A DNA stretch of 64,000 nucleotides from Eledone cirrhosa (taxonomy: Eukaryota): positions 353,028,001-353,092,000 of the forward strand of contig OZ024741.1 in the NCBI GenBank assembly GCA_964016885.1. The letters are read 5' to 3'. The notes under the pieces were generated by a model. The model saw nothing but the letters and a program-made list of their open reading frames with translations. It was not told the DNA's origin and made no database searches. The position numbers and the translations under genes were made by a program. How positions within the stretch are numbered: the first letter of the stretch is position 1; every line of letters begins with the position of its first letter. Positions 37,370-48,690 of the stretch are shown piece by piece.

Positions 37370-39985
37370 GATTTCTTTATTTACCATAAAGGCATAAAAA
37401 GAAGGGACAAATACAAAGGGGGAGTTTACATATAATCGAGTAAAAAGGGTGTAACATGAAAATAATCGAAAATAACCTCAAAAGGCAAAAGGGAGGGGAC
37501 GTGATGGGGGTTGCACACACCCCCGAAAAAGTGTGCAATCCTTTGCCCGGGGAGCACATGGAGAAGGTGCTCCCCTCTCCTTTACTTCTTTACCTACAGG
37601 ATGGTATACAGAGAAGGCCCATTTACACGAGCCATTCTCGCCACTATCACCCACCTTTCATAAAACTGCCTGTGGCCAAGCACCTCTCTCTCCATTCTTA
37701 TCCTTCTTCCGAAGTGATATCGGAAGAAGTAGACCAGACTATGGCCAGAGAGGAAGTTGCCTGACCTCAGACCTTTCAATCGTGTCCACCAAACAACCTC
37801 TTTCAACATGGCTATTACGCACAGAAAAACCGCCTTTGCTTCCTTTGTGAAGAGGGGAGGCGGTTTGATTGTCATCACGGACTCGGCGGTCAATTTAATC
37901 GGCGCCACCCGCGACAGCAGTTGTTCGGCGTAGCCCCACAGATCAGCCACGCCCGGACATTGCACCAATGCGTGCGCTACGGTTTCTTCGTGACGCACGC
38001 ATCTAGGGCAAATCTTTTTTGAGGGATCCCTGCCCGGGCGCCCGTGTCTGTAGAGCCTCTCTCGAACGGGTAGAGCCCCTCGGTAGCACTGCCAGGCCAG
38101 TGACTTCTGGAAGTTGTCCATTGGTCCTGGGCCGAAAGTCCTACCGAACAGGCTGGCCAGTTCGTCTTCTTCCATGTCCAGCGACTCTCCAAGGGTGTCA
38201 TCGCCCCTGCTAGCCACCAGCCCTCTATAGAATGATGAGGTGGATTCTCCACCGATGGCCCGGCCCGCTTGCCAGAGAGCCCTGAGCGCCTGAGCACACT
38301 CAGTGTGCCAGTCTCCCAGTTTTCCGGATCTTTGCTTGACCCAGGACTGTAGCTCGGTGAGTGAGACGAGTCTCGGAAAGGCTCGTTTCACGAACGGAGC
38401 CCACACCGGTTGACCAGTGAGGAATACCTGTAGGTGCCGTAGCCTTAATGCGTGCCTACGCATCATCAACCACGGCATCCCCAGCCCTCCTTTCGAAGGT
38501 TGTTGGCAGCAGATGGATCTTCTCACCATAGGAGGACGCTTCTTCCAAAGAAATTGGAAGAGCATGCGTTCCATGGTGGTGAGTGTTTCCTTAGGGCAAG
38601 GCACGACAGTCAGGCGGTAGTAAGTGACGGACGCTATGTAAATGTTCGCCACCTCCGCCCGGCCTTTTAGGGACAGCTTACACTTGGCCCATTTCTGGGT
38701 TAGTGCAAACACCTTGTTCGTAACCTCGTTCCAGTTCTTTTCCACCTGGAGGTCCGGTCCAAACCAGACCCCAAGCAACTTTACCGGGCCCTCCGTCCAG
38801 TGTCCGACGACACCGACAGGAGGCATCGGTTTGCCTCTCCACGTTCCGAGTTGCAGCCCGATGGATTTTTCCCGGTTCAGTTTCGCTCCTGACAACCTTT
38901 CGTACTCCTCCAGTAAGGTACCGATCGCCTCGATCTCCGAGTCGGTTGATACCATTACTGTTACGTCATCGGCGTAGGCCGACACCGCTTTGCTCAATCC
39001 TGGTTCCAGGGGGATACCCTGCAACAACTCCAACTTCCTCAGTAAAGGCTCGAGAGTCAATACGTACAGAAGGGAGGAGAGAGGGCACCCCTGTCGAATG
39101 GATCGTGTGATTTCGAACGGCTTCGAAAGGTAGCCGTTCACCTTGATCCTAGAACAGATGTGGTTGCTATGTAGGGCAGTGATCCAGCCTCTGAAAACAG
39201 GACCGAACCCAGCCGCCGCTAGCACCGCATCCAGGTAACCATGGTCGACCCTATCGAAGGCCTTAGACTGATCCAAGTTGATCAGGGCCCCACCGAAGCC
39301 GGGTTTGTTGCCAACCCTCTCTATGATGTATCGCATGAGGTGGAGGTTATCGTGAATGGACCTGGATGGGATAGCACATGTCTGCGCATCTCCCACCAGG
39401 CCACCCACGACAAGCGCCAACCTCTTTGCTAACACCTTGGCCAAAATCTTTAACTCTGTGTTTAGCAGGGTTATGGGCCGAAAATTATTTATACTATCCC
39501 CCTTGTTCTCGTCCTTCCTCACCAGCGTGACTACGCCCTTGGCTACAGAACAAGGAATTCTCCCGTTCTGCTGCCAATTGCAGTAGACCGCTTCGAGGAG
39601 TTCGGAGAAGAAGACCGGCATTGCTAAATAAAGTTCGTAAGGTATACCATCGAGACCTGCGTCTGCTGCATTGTCTCAGCGCATCTCCGATCTCATCAGC
39701 CGAGATTGGTCCCTCGCAGGACTCTGCCTCTTCGTTCGAGAGACGCGGCAGGCCGTCGAGGTATGGACCGAAATCCACGCCCCGGCCCGGACCCTCGCCT
39801 CCCCCGAACAATCGGGCAAAGTGCTTTTGAAAGGCCTCGCACATCTGCTTAGGCTCCCGGATCACTCGTCCATCTTCGTCTTGCAACGACCGGATGGTGG
39901 ATCGATTTCCACTCTTAGCTTCTGTCACGCGGGCCCATCCAACGGCTTTGGCCCCCTCATTACCTAGAGCACGTATTTTACTTGT
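37370..39985 (-). mobile_element. 5'-truncated Tx1-like LINE (third subfamily) embedded in (GATA)n
   Basis: Homologous to ORF2; ends AATAAAGAAATC(TATC)n on the minus strand; (GATA)n at both 37350-37371 and 39986-40009. Confidence 0.93.
37594..39621 (-). CDS. LINE ORF2 RT + C-terminal Zn motif (675 aa open; frameshift upstream near 39640; APE missing)
   Basis: FRPITLLNTE, LDQSKAFDRV, RQGCPLS, YADD, CPRC..ETVAHALVQC. Confidence 0.88.
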   Translation of the reverse strand: MPVFFSELLEAVYCNWQQNGRIPCSVAKGVVTLVRKDENKGDSINNFRPITLLNTELKILAKVLAKRLALVVGGLVGDAQTCAIPSRSIHDNLHLMRYIIERVGNKPGFGGALINLDQSKAFDRVDHGYLDAVLAAAGFGPVFRGWITALHSNHICSRIKVNGYLSKPFEITRSIRQGCPLSSLLYVLTLEPLLRKLELLQGIPLEPGLSKAVSAYADDVTVMVSTDSEIEAIGTLLEEYERLSGAKLNREKSIGLQLGTWRGKPMPPVGVVGHWTEGPVKLLGVWFGPDLQVEKNWNEVTNKVFALTQKWAKCKLSLKGRAEVANIYIASVTYYRLTVVPCPKETLTTMERMLFQFLWKKRPPMVRRSICCQQPSKGGLGMPWLMMRRHALRLRHLQVFLTGQPVWAPFVKRAFPRLVSLTELQSWVKQRSGKLGDWHTECAQALRALWQAGRAIGGESTSSFYRGLVASRGDDTLGESLDMEEDELASLFGRTFGPGPMDNFQKSLAWQCYRGALPVRERLYRHGRPGRDPSKKICPRCVRHEETVAHALVQCPGVADLWGYAEQLLSRVAPIKLTAESVMTIKPPPLFTKEAKAVFLCVIAMLKEVVWWTRLKGLRSGNFLSGHSLVYFFRYHFGRRIRMEREVLGHRQFYERWVIVARMARVNGPSLYTIL

Positions 39986-40682
39986 TAGATAGATAGATAG
40001 ATAGATAGACAGAGAGAGAGAGAGAGCGGAGAGTGCGAGAGAGAGAGAAGAGAAAGAGAGAGACAGGGCGAGAGAGAGAGAGAGAGGGAGAGAGAAAGAG
40101 AGAGAGAGATAGAGATCATCTTGAGGCTAGTTTTTAAAAAACTACTAAAAGTGGGGGTGAGTGCAATGTATTGTTAAGAATCTTCCAAACATAAAAAATA
40201 TATATTTCAGTACTTGGATGCTACAAAAATACTCAGAAACAGAAACTTTTAACTGCTTTATAACTGCCCATGTTTGTCACAATTTTTCTTATTTATGCTG
40301 CTTTTGGTATTTTTTCCTTTCTTTTTTTTTATCTGTTGTTTTTCTCTAGGTTTTGTTTCTTAAACATAAGGGGTTTTGGGTATCTCTGCTAGTCTGTCAA
40401 AGCTTACCAACCCCACACAGATGTTTAAATTGAATAAATATATCAATAATGGCTACAAGGCTAAGTTGACGTCGCTGGGATTTGATATCAGTGGACAAAG
40501 AACCAGAACAGATAACGTAAGGATTTCAATGTGACGCTTTAACAGTTCTAACAATTCGCCATCTTTGTTAGTGGATATATATATATACAAAACAAACAAT
40601 GACCATTGAAATACCGAATTATGTGTATATATAATTCAATAAGGAAAAACTCAGATACATAAACAAAGAACACCCACTGTTC

Positions 40683-40685
<3 letters not shown>

Positions 40686-40714
<29 letters not shown>

Positions 40715-42190
40715 TGTATGTATGTATGTATGTATGTATGTATGTATGTATGTATGTATGTATGTATGTATGTATGTATGTATGTATGTATGTATGTTTA
40801 TGTCAGGTCACCAGTTGGTGCTACTGGTAACATGTATCCCAGTACAAGCTGTTTAATGGTCGGGTCGTTGGCGACTAAACTGGCAACCCCACCAAGGTTT
40901 CTTGGTGAGGAGGGTGACTTTGGACATCCTGCAGGACTAAAAACAAAACCTGTCAAAGGGCAAAGGAGCTCTTGAGAGTCAATGGCCATCCAAAATCACC
41001 GGGAGAGATGACCCTTAGCCTTTGTCAAGGCAGAATTCTAGGAGAAGGAAAACTCTGATATAACACCTGCAACCCTGATGGTATCCAATGATGTTGACTT
41101 GTTCTTCTTGTTGGTAAATATCATCTTGGTTAAGAGAGTGGGACTGGCTTTGTGCAGTGCCTTTGCTCACTATAAAAGGTTCACGGCACAGGCATTGCTT
41201 TATATCTGGAGATCTCTCTGCACTTGTCGTCACATGGTACCATGGGCCCAGCACTGTGTGTCAATCATTGTCACAAGTGTAGTGTTTGTACCAGAGTTTT
41301 CAAGTCGCTGCCTGGACTAAAACGTCACACTCGTTCAGCGCATCGGTAGGGGTTCTCCTACATGGATATAAAGTAGTAGCCGTACTCGAAAACGAGTTGG
41401 CAGCCACCATGTATGTATGTATGTATGTATGTATGTATGTATGTATGTATGTATGTATGTATGTATGTATGTATGTATGTATGTATGTATGTATTATGTT
41501 ATATCAGGTCACCACTTGGTGCTACTGGTAACATGTATCCCAGTACAAGCTGTCTAATGGTCGGGTCGTTGGCGACTAAACTGGCAACCCCACCAAGGTT
41601 TCTTGGTGAGGAGGGTGACTTTGGACATCCTGCAGCACTAAAAACAAAACCTGTCTAAGGGCAAAGGAGCTCTTAAGAGTCAATGGCCATCCAAAATCAC
41701 CGGGAGAGATGACCCCTTAGCCTTTGTCAAGGCAGAATTCTAGGAGAAGGAAAACTCTGATATAACACCTGCAACCCTGATGGTATCCAATGATGTTGAC
41801 TTGTTCTTCTTTTTGGTAAATATCATCTTGGTTAAGAGAGTGGGACTGGCTTTGTTCAGTACCTTTGCTCACTATAAAAGCTTCACGGCACAGGCATTAC
41901 TTTATATCTGGAGATCTCTCTGCATTTGTCGTCACATGGTACCATGGGCCCAGCACTATGTGTCAGTAATTGTCACAAGTGTAGTGTTTGTACCAGAGTT
42001 TTCAAGTCGCTGGCTGGACTAAAAAGTCGCACTCGTTCAGCGCATCGGTAGGGGTACTCCTACATGGATATAAAGTAGTGGCCGTACTCGAAAGCGAGTT
42101 GGCAGCCACCATGTATGTATGTATGTATGTATGTATGTATGTATGTATGTATGTATGTATGTATGTATGTATGTATGTATGTATGTATGT
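40686..42190 (+). mobile_element. Tandem pair of about 610-bp non-autonomous RTE-derived elements separated and flanked by (TATG)n
   Basis: Units about 40797-41410 and 41497-42112 are near-identical; RTE-5'UTR-like GGAGAAGGAAAACTCTGA; 3' part encodes CSVCTRVFKSLPGLKRHTRSAHR* (41278-41349). Confidence 0.8.
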
Positions 42191-42302
42191 GTGTGTATAT
42201 ATATGTATGTGTGCGTGTGTGCCCATATATATATATATAGTTAATAAATGAAACAAACAAAACAGAGGAGGCAATTTTACACCGTTACATTAGGTTCATT
42301 CT

Positions 42303-42362
<60 letters not shown>

Positions 42363-42398
42363 TGTGTACGTATATGTATATAAATATATGTATATAAA

Positions 42399-42468
<70 letters not shown>

Positions 42469-42489
42469 TTTATATATATATATATATAA

Positions 42490-42961
42490 GCAATTAATCA
42501 CATTCTTTCTAACTTGACCACTGCCACGTCACGATTCTTAGCCATTTTTGAATATATTTTTGGCGCGATCACTTTGGAAAATTAATTGTCTAATCTTGAG
42601 TTTTCTCCTGATGAGTCTGTTACTCTGGATATATCCTAATAATTGGATGTTTAAAAATACGGACGAAACCATGGTAGAGATATAATTACGGTATGTACAC
42701 ATTTCTTCTAAGTTTGAATTTACACCTAATTGTGTATGGTTGACGGTATATTTAGTCAATTTCTACATGCTGTTGAAATGTTGGATAAATACTCTATTGG
42801 GGCCACCGCGAAGAAGCCGCTTTCGGTTATTTGTCGAAAATTTCTTCATAGGAACCTTTATTCTTATAGCCTGGTCTAATTGATTTTTTATATGGTTAAT
42901 TATGCTAATTGGGAGAGGAAATGGTATATATTTTATCTAATAATTCTAAGGACATGATTTA

Positions 42962-42962
<1 letters not shown>
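42490..42962 (+). mobile_element. (TA)n-flanked non-coding element carrying a hammerhead ribozyme
   Basis: (TA)n at 42403-42488 and 42964-43015; HHR inside. Confidence 0.6.
42604..42680 (+). ncRNA. Type I hammerhead ribozyme, canonical core
   Basis: Stem I TCTC/GAGA; CTGATGA 42608-42614; stem II GTCTGT/ACGGAC; GAAA 42665-42668; palindromic stem III ACCATGGT; GUA triplet, predicted cut after 42676. Confidence 0.85.
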
Positions 42963-43024
<62 letters not shown>

Positions 43025-43226
43025 TATGTATGTGTATGGTTTCTAATAATGGAAATTGAAAAACATTTGCTGGCAAATTGATTATATTCTTAAATTAATT
43101 ATATATTTAGATAGTATTTTAAAAGTATTTTTGGATAATGCTTGATATTCCAGCTTATGAAAAATCTCTGGGTTGTGTCCAGATAAAATGTGCTATTTAA
43201 TTTTTCACTTAGTAATATATATATAT

Positions 43227-43674
43227 ACTAGACCTGAAAAATGCGCAAGTTCAAAAGAGCCACAAAATGTTATAATAAACCTTCAAAAGTGTGGGACTAG
43301 AGTTGTTGCTAAAAAATATTGTAATCATTATCTATCGTACACTCTGTGGCATCCTTTTATAAGAAAGAGACTCATAACGAACTCAAGACGACACGATAAT
43401 TATTTAAGCTAATGTTTAATATCTCATATTAGATATTTAGTAATGATTAATACGAAATGCACTTAAACCGAATTCTATATTATAAATTCACTTAAATAAT
43501 TATCGTGTCGTCTTGAGTTCGTTATGAGTCTCTTTTTTTTATAAAAGGATGCCACAGAGTGTACGATAGATATTGATTACAATATTTTTGAGCAAAAACT
43601 CTAGTCCCACACTTTTGAAGGTTTATTATAACATTCTGTGGCTCTTTTGAGATTGCGCATTTTTCAGGCCTAGT
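43227..43674. mobile_element. MITE-like fold-back element with about 180-bp terminal inverted repeats
   Basis: 43227-43408 is approximately the reverse complement of 43491-43674 (ACTAG(A/G)CCTGAAAAATGCGCAA termini); no clear TSD. Confidence 0.8.
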
Positions 43675-44518
43675 TTAATATTTTTTTAAGGCAACGCTTG
43701 TAATAACTCTAGTTAAACATGATATATATTAATAATAAATTATCGTTGATGTGTAATTAGATTATATAATTGTTATTTTATAAATGATCTTATAAATATT
43801 ATTGTAAGATGTATAAAAATATTTTCAGACTTTTAATATAAACAACTACAAAAAAACAATAAATATTAAATAAATATATTTTACATAATAATTGTTATAG
43901 TTGAATTAATTATAATTAAATATTACATACAAATAGTCTAACATAATAATAAAAAAATAATCTAACATAATAATAATAAAATAATCTAACATAAAACGAA
44001 CAGTAATATGGACAAATATACAGGTAAATATGATACAACCAATATTATAAACATGTTATAACGAACTGAAAAAAAAAAATAGTTAATATAAATTTAAAAA
44101 ATCATATATAAATTAACAATATAACTTACCAAAACGAGAAAAATATTTTAATGATACACGACGAAGTACAGGAGGAAAATTCGAAAGCGAAACGATAAAT
44201 AAACGTGCAAACAAAGTGGCGGATGCTTTTGAGCAACAATTACTCTCATTTTTTGATTAGCCAATAAGACGATGAAATTAGCCAATAAGACGATACATTA
44301 CAAAACATGTTTGGGAGGGATCACCACGGCCAGCGAAACCCCTTGAATATTTTATCACAAGCTACGCATATATGTCATGTCATGTCAGAACACGCAGACT
44401 TAAAATATTCTGTTGTTAGTCACTGCGTGTCTAACAGATATATATAGACCCGTGTTAGCTGGCAGAAGGCGATATATTTTATCGTTCCTGGGTCTTTAGC
44501 CCTAGGAAAGGAAAATGC

Positions 44519-44597
44519 TTCTCTGATGAACTTTGGTTTTCCATTAGATATCCATTGGATTTCTTGTGTTTTACAAAGCGAAACTGATCAGTAAGGG
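44519..44597 (+). ncRNA. Hammerhead ribozyme motif, copy 1
   Basis: CTGATGA 44523-44529; CTTTG/CAAAG stem II; GAAA 44580-44583; palindromic ACTGATCAGT; GUA, cut after 44593. Confidence 0.72.
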
Positions 44598-45003
44598 CCA
44601 TTAGAAGAGGTAAATATTTATATTATATTTTTTAATTTATTTAAAAAAATTGGTTAAATTTTGCTTGTTCTGCTTATCTTAATATTATAGTTCTGGTATG
44701 TCAAATTAATACCATTGAACAACTTTGAATCATAGACAACCTATGTATTTCTAGGGGTACTTAGTACCCTTGGACATATTAACTTCATTTATTATTCTCC
44801 GTTATGTAGAGAACAAATCCGTTGTTCTATTTAGCTGCTATTTTTTTAGTAGTAATATAGACAACACGTCTATGGTTTCCCGCTTTTACTTCAGACCGGT
44901 TCACATACGGGTCACTTCCACAACCTTATCAGACCCGTGTTAGCTGGCAGAAGGCGATATATTTTATCGTTCCTGAGTCTTTAGCCCTAGGAAAGGAAAA
45001 TGC

Positions 45004-45082
45004 TTCTCTGATGAACTTTGATTTTCCATTAGATATCCATTAGATTTCTTGTGTTTTACAAAGCGAAACTGATCAGTAAGGG
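45004..45082 (+). ncRNA. Hammerhead ribozyme motif, copy 2
   Basis: Same core as copy 1; CTGATGA 45008-45014; cut after 45078. Confidence 0.72.
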
Positions 45083-45163
45083 CCATTAGAAGGGGTAAAT
45101 ATTTATATTATATTTTTTAATTTATTTAAAAAAATTGGTTAAATTTTGCTTGTTCTGCTTATC

Positions 45164-45227
<64 letters not shown>

Positions 45228-45233
<6 letters not shown>

Positions 45234-45462
45234 CTTTGGGAGGGTCATGTTTCCAATAAAAAACACATGCCACATGCACCTGTTGGTTTTCACTTAAATT
45301 TAATATAAATTTCCGGTTGATTGGTTCGATAACCGGATGTTGTTTACATGTTGTCACATTCTGTGACCTCAGTGACTAGGTTTATATTTTGTGTGTCACT
45401 CCTTTGTTCTGTCCTACACCATCTTGTTTTTGTGTGTGTTTGTATCTCTTCATTTTGTCCTT
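45228..45462 (-). mobile_element. Degenerate solo pLTR of the first PLE family
   Basis: ATACTTTGGGAGGGTCATG ... GTCACATTCTGTGACCTC ... CCTTTGTTCTGTCCTACACCATCTTG resembles 21800-22205; abuts (TA)n. Confidence 0.75.
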
Positions 45463-45789
45463 CGACGGCGTGTTTCAGTTTTTTGACAAATAGAATATGT
45501 AAGTAGATTAGCATTCCACAGACAAGTGTCTTGAACACAATTCTCGGGGAGCATCATCATGACACTGAGTATGACATTGCTTTTTGAATGTCAGGTACAA
45601 CTCATTTTTTCCAGTTGAGTGAACTGGAGTCACGTGAAATATAATGTTCTGCTCAAGATTTTAACGCGCCGCCAGGAACCAAACGTACAACCTTACAATT
45701 GTGAGTATAGCATACTAACCACCGAGGCACCCATCTCCACATTTCACTTGGCCATGTTTATTCATTATCATGGATGGGGATAAAAAGCA

Positions 45790-46184
45790 CCTAGCGAGAC
45801 TGGTCCCATAAAAGCTTCTACACGCCTGAAGAAATTCGGTCATCCTACTCCGCTAAGGGCATAGACGGCCACTCGTCTGAAGGCACTGCTTTCTCTACCG
45901 TTCACATCCAATCCCACCGGCTTACTCCCGAGGTCTAGGAAGATCGTCTTTACCCTGAAATCGAAACCTTTTAGGAGCATCACTAATACTCCGCCACCCG
46001 ATCCAGACGAAATACATCTTATAGTTTCCAAAATGGATGCGAAAGCATGCGTTCCCAGAATTCATCTCTCACTGACGATTACCACATCTATGTCTAGTGA
46101 TCTGAGATCATTGAGCAAGTGATCTTGCTTCCAAGTCGATCCCAGACAACACGCATTTATACTTCCCATTCTAATTGCAGCCAT
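45790..46184 (-). pseudogene. Tx1-like ORF2 N-terminal (APE) relic
   Basis: ATG at 46184 gives MAAIRMGSINACCLGSTWKQDHLLNDLRSLDIDVVIVSE, versus ORF2 MTSLRIGSINARGLGSSWKQGHLLNDLRSLNIDVVAISE; then GSGGGV...VAVYA. Confidence 0.85.
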
Positions 46185-46914
46185 GTCTGTTGAACTAAAG
46201 AAAAAAAGGGAGGTCACTCACTTTGTTCCCCAAGTAAGAGAGAAATTGATTTCATTGTAGCTAAGCTGTATTAACCCACAGCTGCGTTTCAATGATTTAC
46301 GGGTATGTCAATCTAATTATACTGTCTCAGCAGAAAAAAACAATGGTAAAATTTTAAATTTTAAATGTGTGATCCAATGCAAATGGCGATCATTATAGGT
46401 GATCAATTTCTTTTCTGCCTTCTGGCGTACTTTACCCTACTTTCTCAGTTATTATGTATTTTGGTCATTTCCGTTGGGACATACTCATTTAAAATAAACA
46501 AATAAAATTGATGCGCCTCTATAGTCCCGGTGGGAGCTCTAGGCTGCAGTCAGGTGAGCCTTATGAATAATGGTTTCTGATTTAGATACAATTTTGTGGT
46601 GTGGGGAAAGTCGAATAAATCGAACCTAGTGTATTACTGGTACTTTATTTTATCGACCCCGTAAGGATGAAAGGCAAAGATAATCTCGGCGGGATTTGCG
46701 TCTTTGTACGGTAGTAAAACAATGAACATACTGTGTACTGTTGCAGTTTTGTAGTCGAAATGTTTTGTGTTTCCGGGTTGAACCAACTCAATTGAAAGTA
46801 GTAATATCAAGAGATATATGTGAATTTAGCAATAGAGTTGAGGTATAAAGAGTGCATTGCTAGCTCTTTATAGATAGTCTTATCAATCGAGCAACTGATT
46901 TCTGTAACAGCCGT

Positions 46915-47365
46915 TTGTGTATGTATGTGTGTGTGTATTTACATATGTATGTATTTACGTACGTATGTATGTAGGAATGTATGTATGTATGTATGTATGT
47001 ATGTATGTATGTATGTATGTATGTATGTATGTATGTATGTATGTATGTATGTATGTATGTATGTACGTATGTATGTATGTATGTGTGTATTTACGTATAT
47101 ATATATGCATGTATGTGTGTATTTACATTTGTATGTATGTATTTACGTATGTATATATGTAAGTATGTATGCATGTATGTGTGTATTTACATATGTATGT
47201 ATTTACGTATGTATGTATGTATGTATATACGTATGTATGTATGTGTGTATTTACGCATGTATATATGCATGTATTTGTGTGCGTATGTATGTATGTATGT
47301 ATGTATGTTTCGTGTTGTATGTGTGTGTATGTTTGCGTGTGCATGTGTCGCTTTATGTGTATTTG
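46915..47365. repeat. Degenerate (TATG)n microsatellite with GTATTTAC higher-order units
   Basis: Direct reading. Confidence 0.9.
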
Positions 47366-47823
47366 TTTTTCTGTTCTCTTTTACTAGAAAAAGGTTGATC
47401 TTTTATGCCTACATTTGGAATGTTCACCCAATATGATATATGGTATATGAGATATTTCCAAAGATATAGATAACATTTAATAATCTGAATGTTTGTATCG
47501 TATCTCCATTAAGGCAATGCTTTCTGTGAGTGCAGTATATACAGTTCTGGCTAAAATAGAACCAACAACTTTACAGTCATTTTCCAGAAAGATGAAATTT
47601 TACAAGAAGCTCAAATTTCCCCCACACTTATGCAATATTGGAAGAGAAAAAAGGAAAGGACACTTAACCCATGATGGAGTCTTAGGGGCGCCATCTAGAT
47701 ATACAGCGTGTCTTGGGCATTTTAAACCTGGTGGAGCCTATTCTTCTCCAAGCTTGAACACAGCAGAGTTTTTTTTAGAGGAAGTGAATGAGAGAGAGAG
47801 AGAGAGAGAGAGAGAGTGTGAGT

Positions 47824-47899
<76 letters not shown>

Positions 47900-48392
47900 A
47901 AGAGTAGAATTCACGTTGCTCCAGTATACTCAGCTGAAAATGAGTACCAGCAATAACTGGGGTTTGACCCTGTGATGGACTGGTGTCTTGTTTAGGGAGA
48001 AGTCTTGTACTCTCAGTCACTTCACGCCACGAAACCGGAATAGGCACCGGACTTATTAGCCTCCTAGCTTGAGACAGACTTTAGAATGAGATCTAAAACG
48101 ATAAAATGGAAAAGTTTACATTGACAAGATTTGAACTCAGAGTGCAGAGAATTTGGATGAGTTCTATAAACCATCCTTCCGTCATCCTAACTACTTTGCC
48201 AGCTCGCAGTTGGCAACATGTCAATGCTACCTTATTTTATCCAAGCTGGAGCATTTATCCAACTTACATAAAATTGTTCACGACACTCTAGTACCATAAA
48301 AAAGCACTATAATATGAATAACTTCAGGTTTACATAATTTTACACATAATATCAATCCCCAATACGTTATTCTTTTCATAACATTGTATCCA

Positions 48393-48690
48393 TAACTCCT
48401 GATGGAGTCGTAAGTGCACGGTAGTGATATACAAAGTGTCATGCACATTTTTAACTTGGCGGAGCCCATCCCAATCCAGGTCTGAACACAGTCGATTTCT
48501 TCCAGAGAAGGAGAGGGAGTGAGAAAGTGAGGAGGTGAGAATAGGGGAAGAATCAACTTCGATACTAAACTGGCAGTTTATTTATCGACCTCGAAAGGAT
48601 GAAAGTAAAGTTGACCACGACGGGATTTGAACTCGGAGTGCAGAGAGCCGGTACGAATGCCACAAAGTATTATATCCGATGTTCTTTGCC
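48393..48690 (-). mobile_element. SINE family B copy
   Basis: ATAACTCCTGATGGAGTCGTA ... GGGATTTGAACTCGGAG. Confidence 0.75.

Larger units (their letters stand above)
44446..45170 (+). mobile_element. Non-coding element with 240-bp direct repeats, each containing a hammerhead motif (retrozyme-/PLE-like)
   Basis: 44446-44685 is approximately identical to 44931-45170 (period 485); TA tracts on both sides. Confidence 0.8.

Noticed and set aside
40800-40895. HDV-like ribozyme at the 5' end of the RTE derivative (GG-GTCG TTGG CGAC-TAA-ACTGG; TGTA TCCCAG TACA)
   Set aside because: P1/P2 order could not be fitted to the nested double pseudoknot, and the 51 kb copy lacks the putative J4/2; would need an RNAMotif search.
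40686-42190. CRISPR-like repeat/spacer pattern
   Set aside because: Eukaryotic context; the 'spacers' are near-identical 610-bp units and the 'repeats' are microsatellite.
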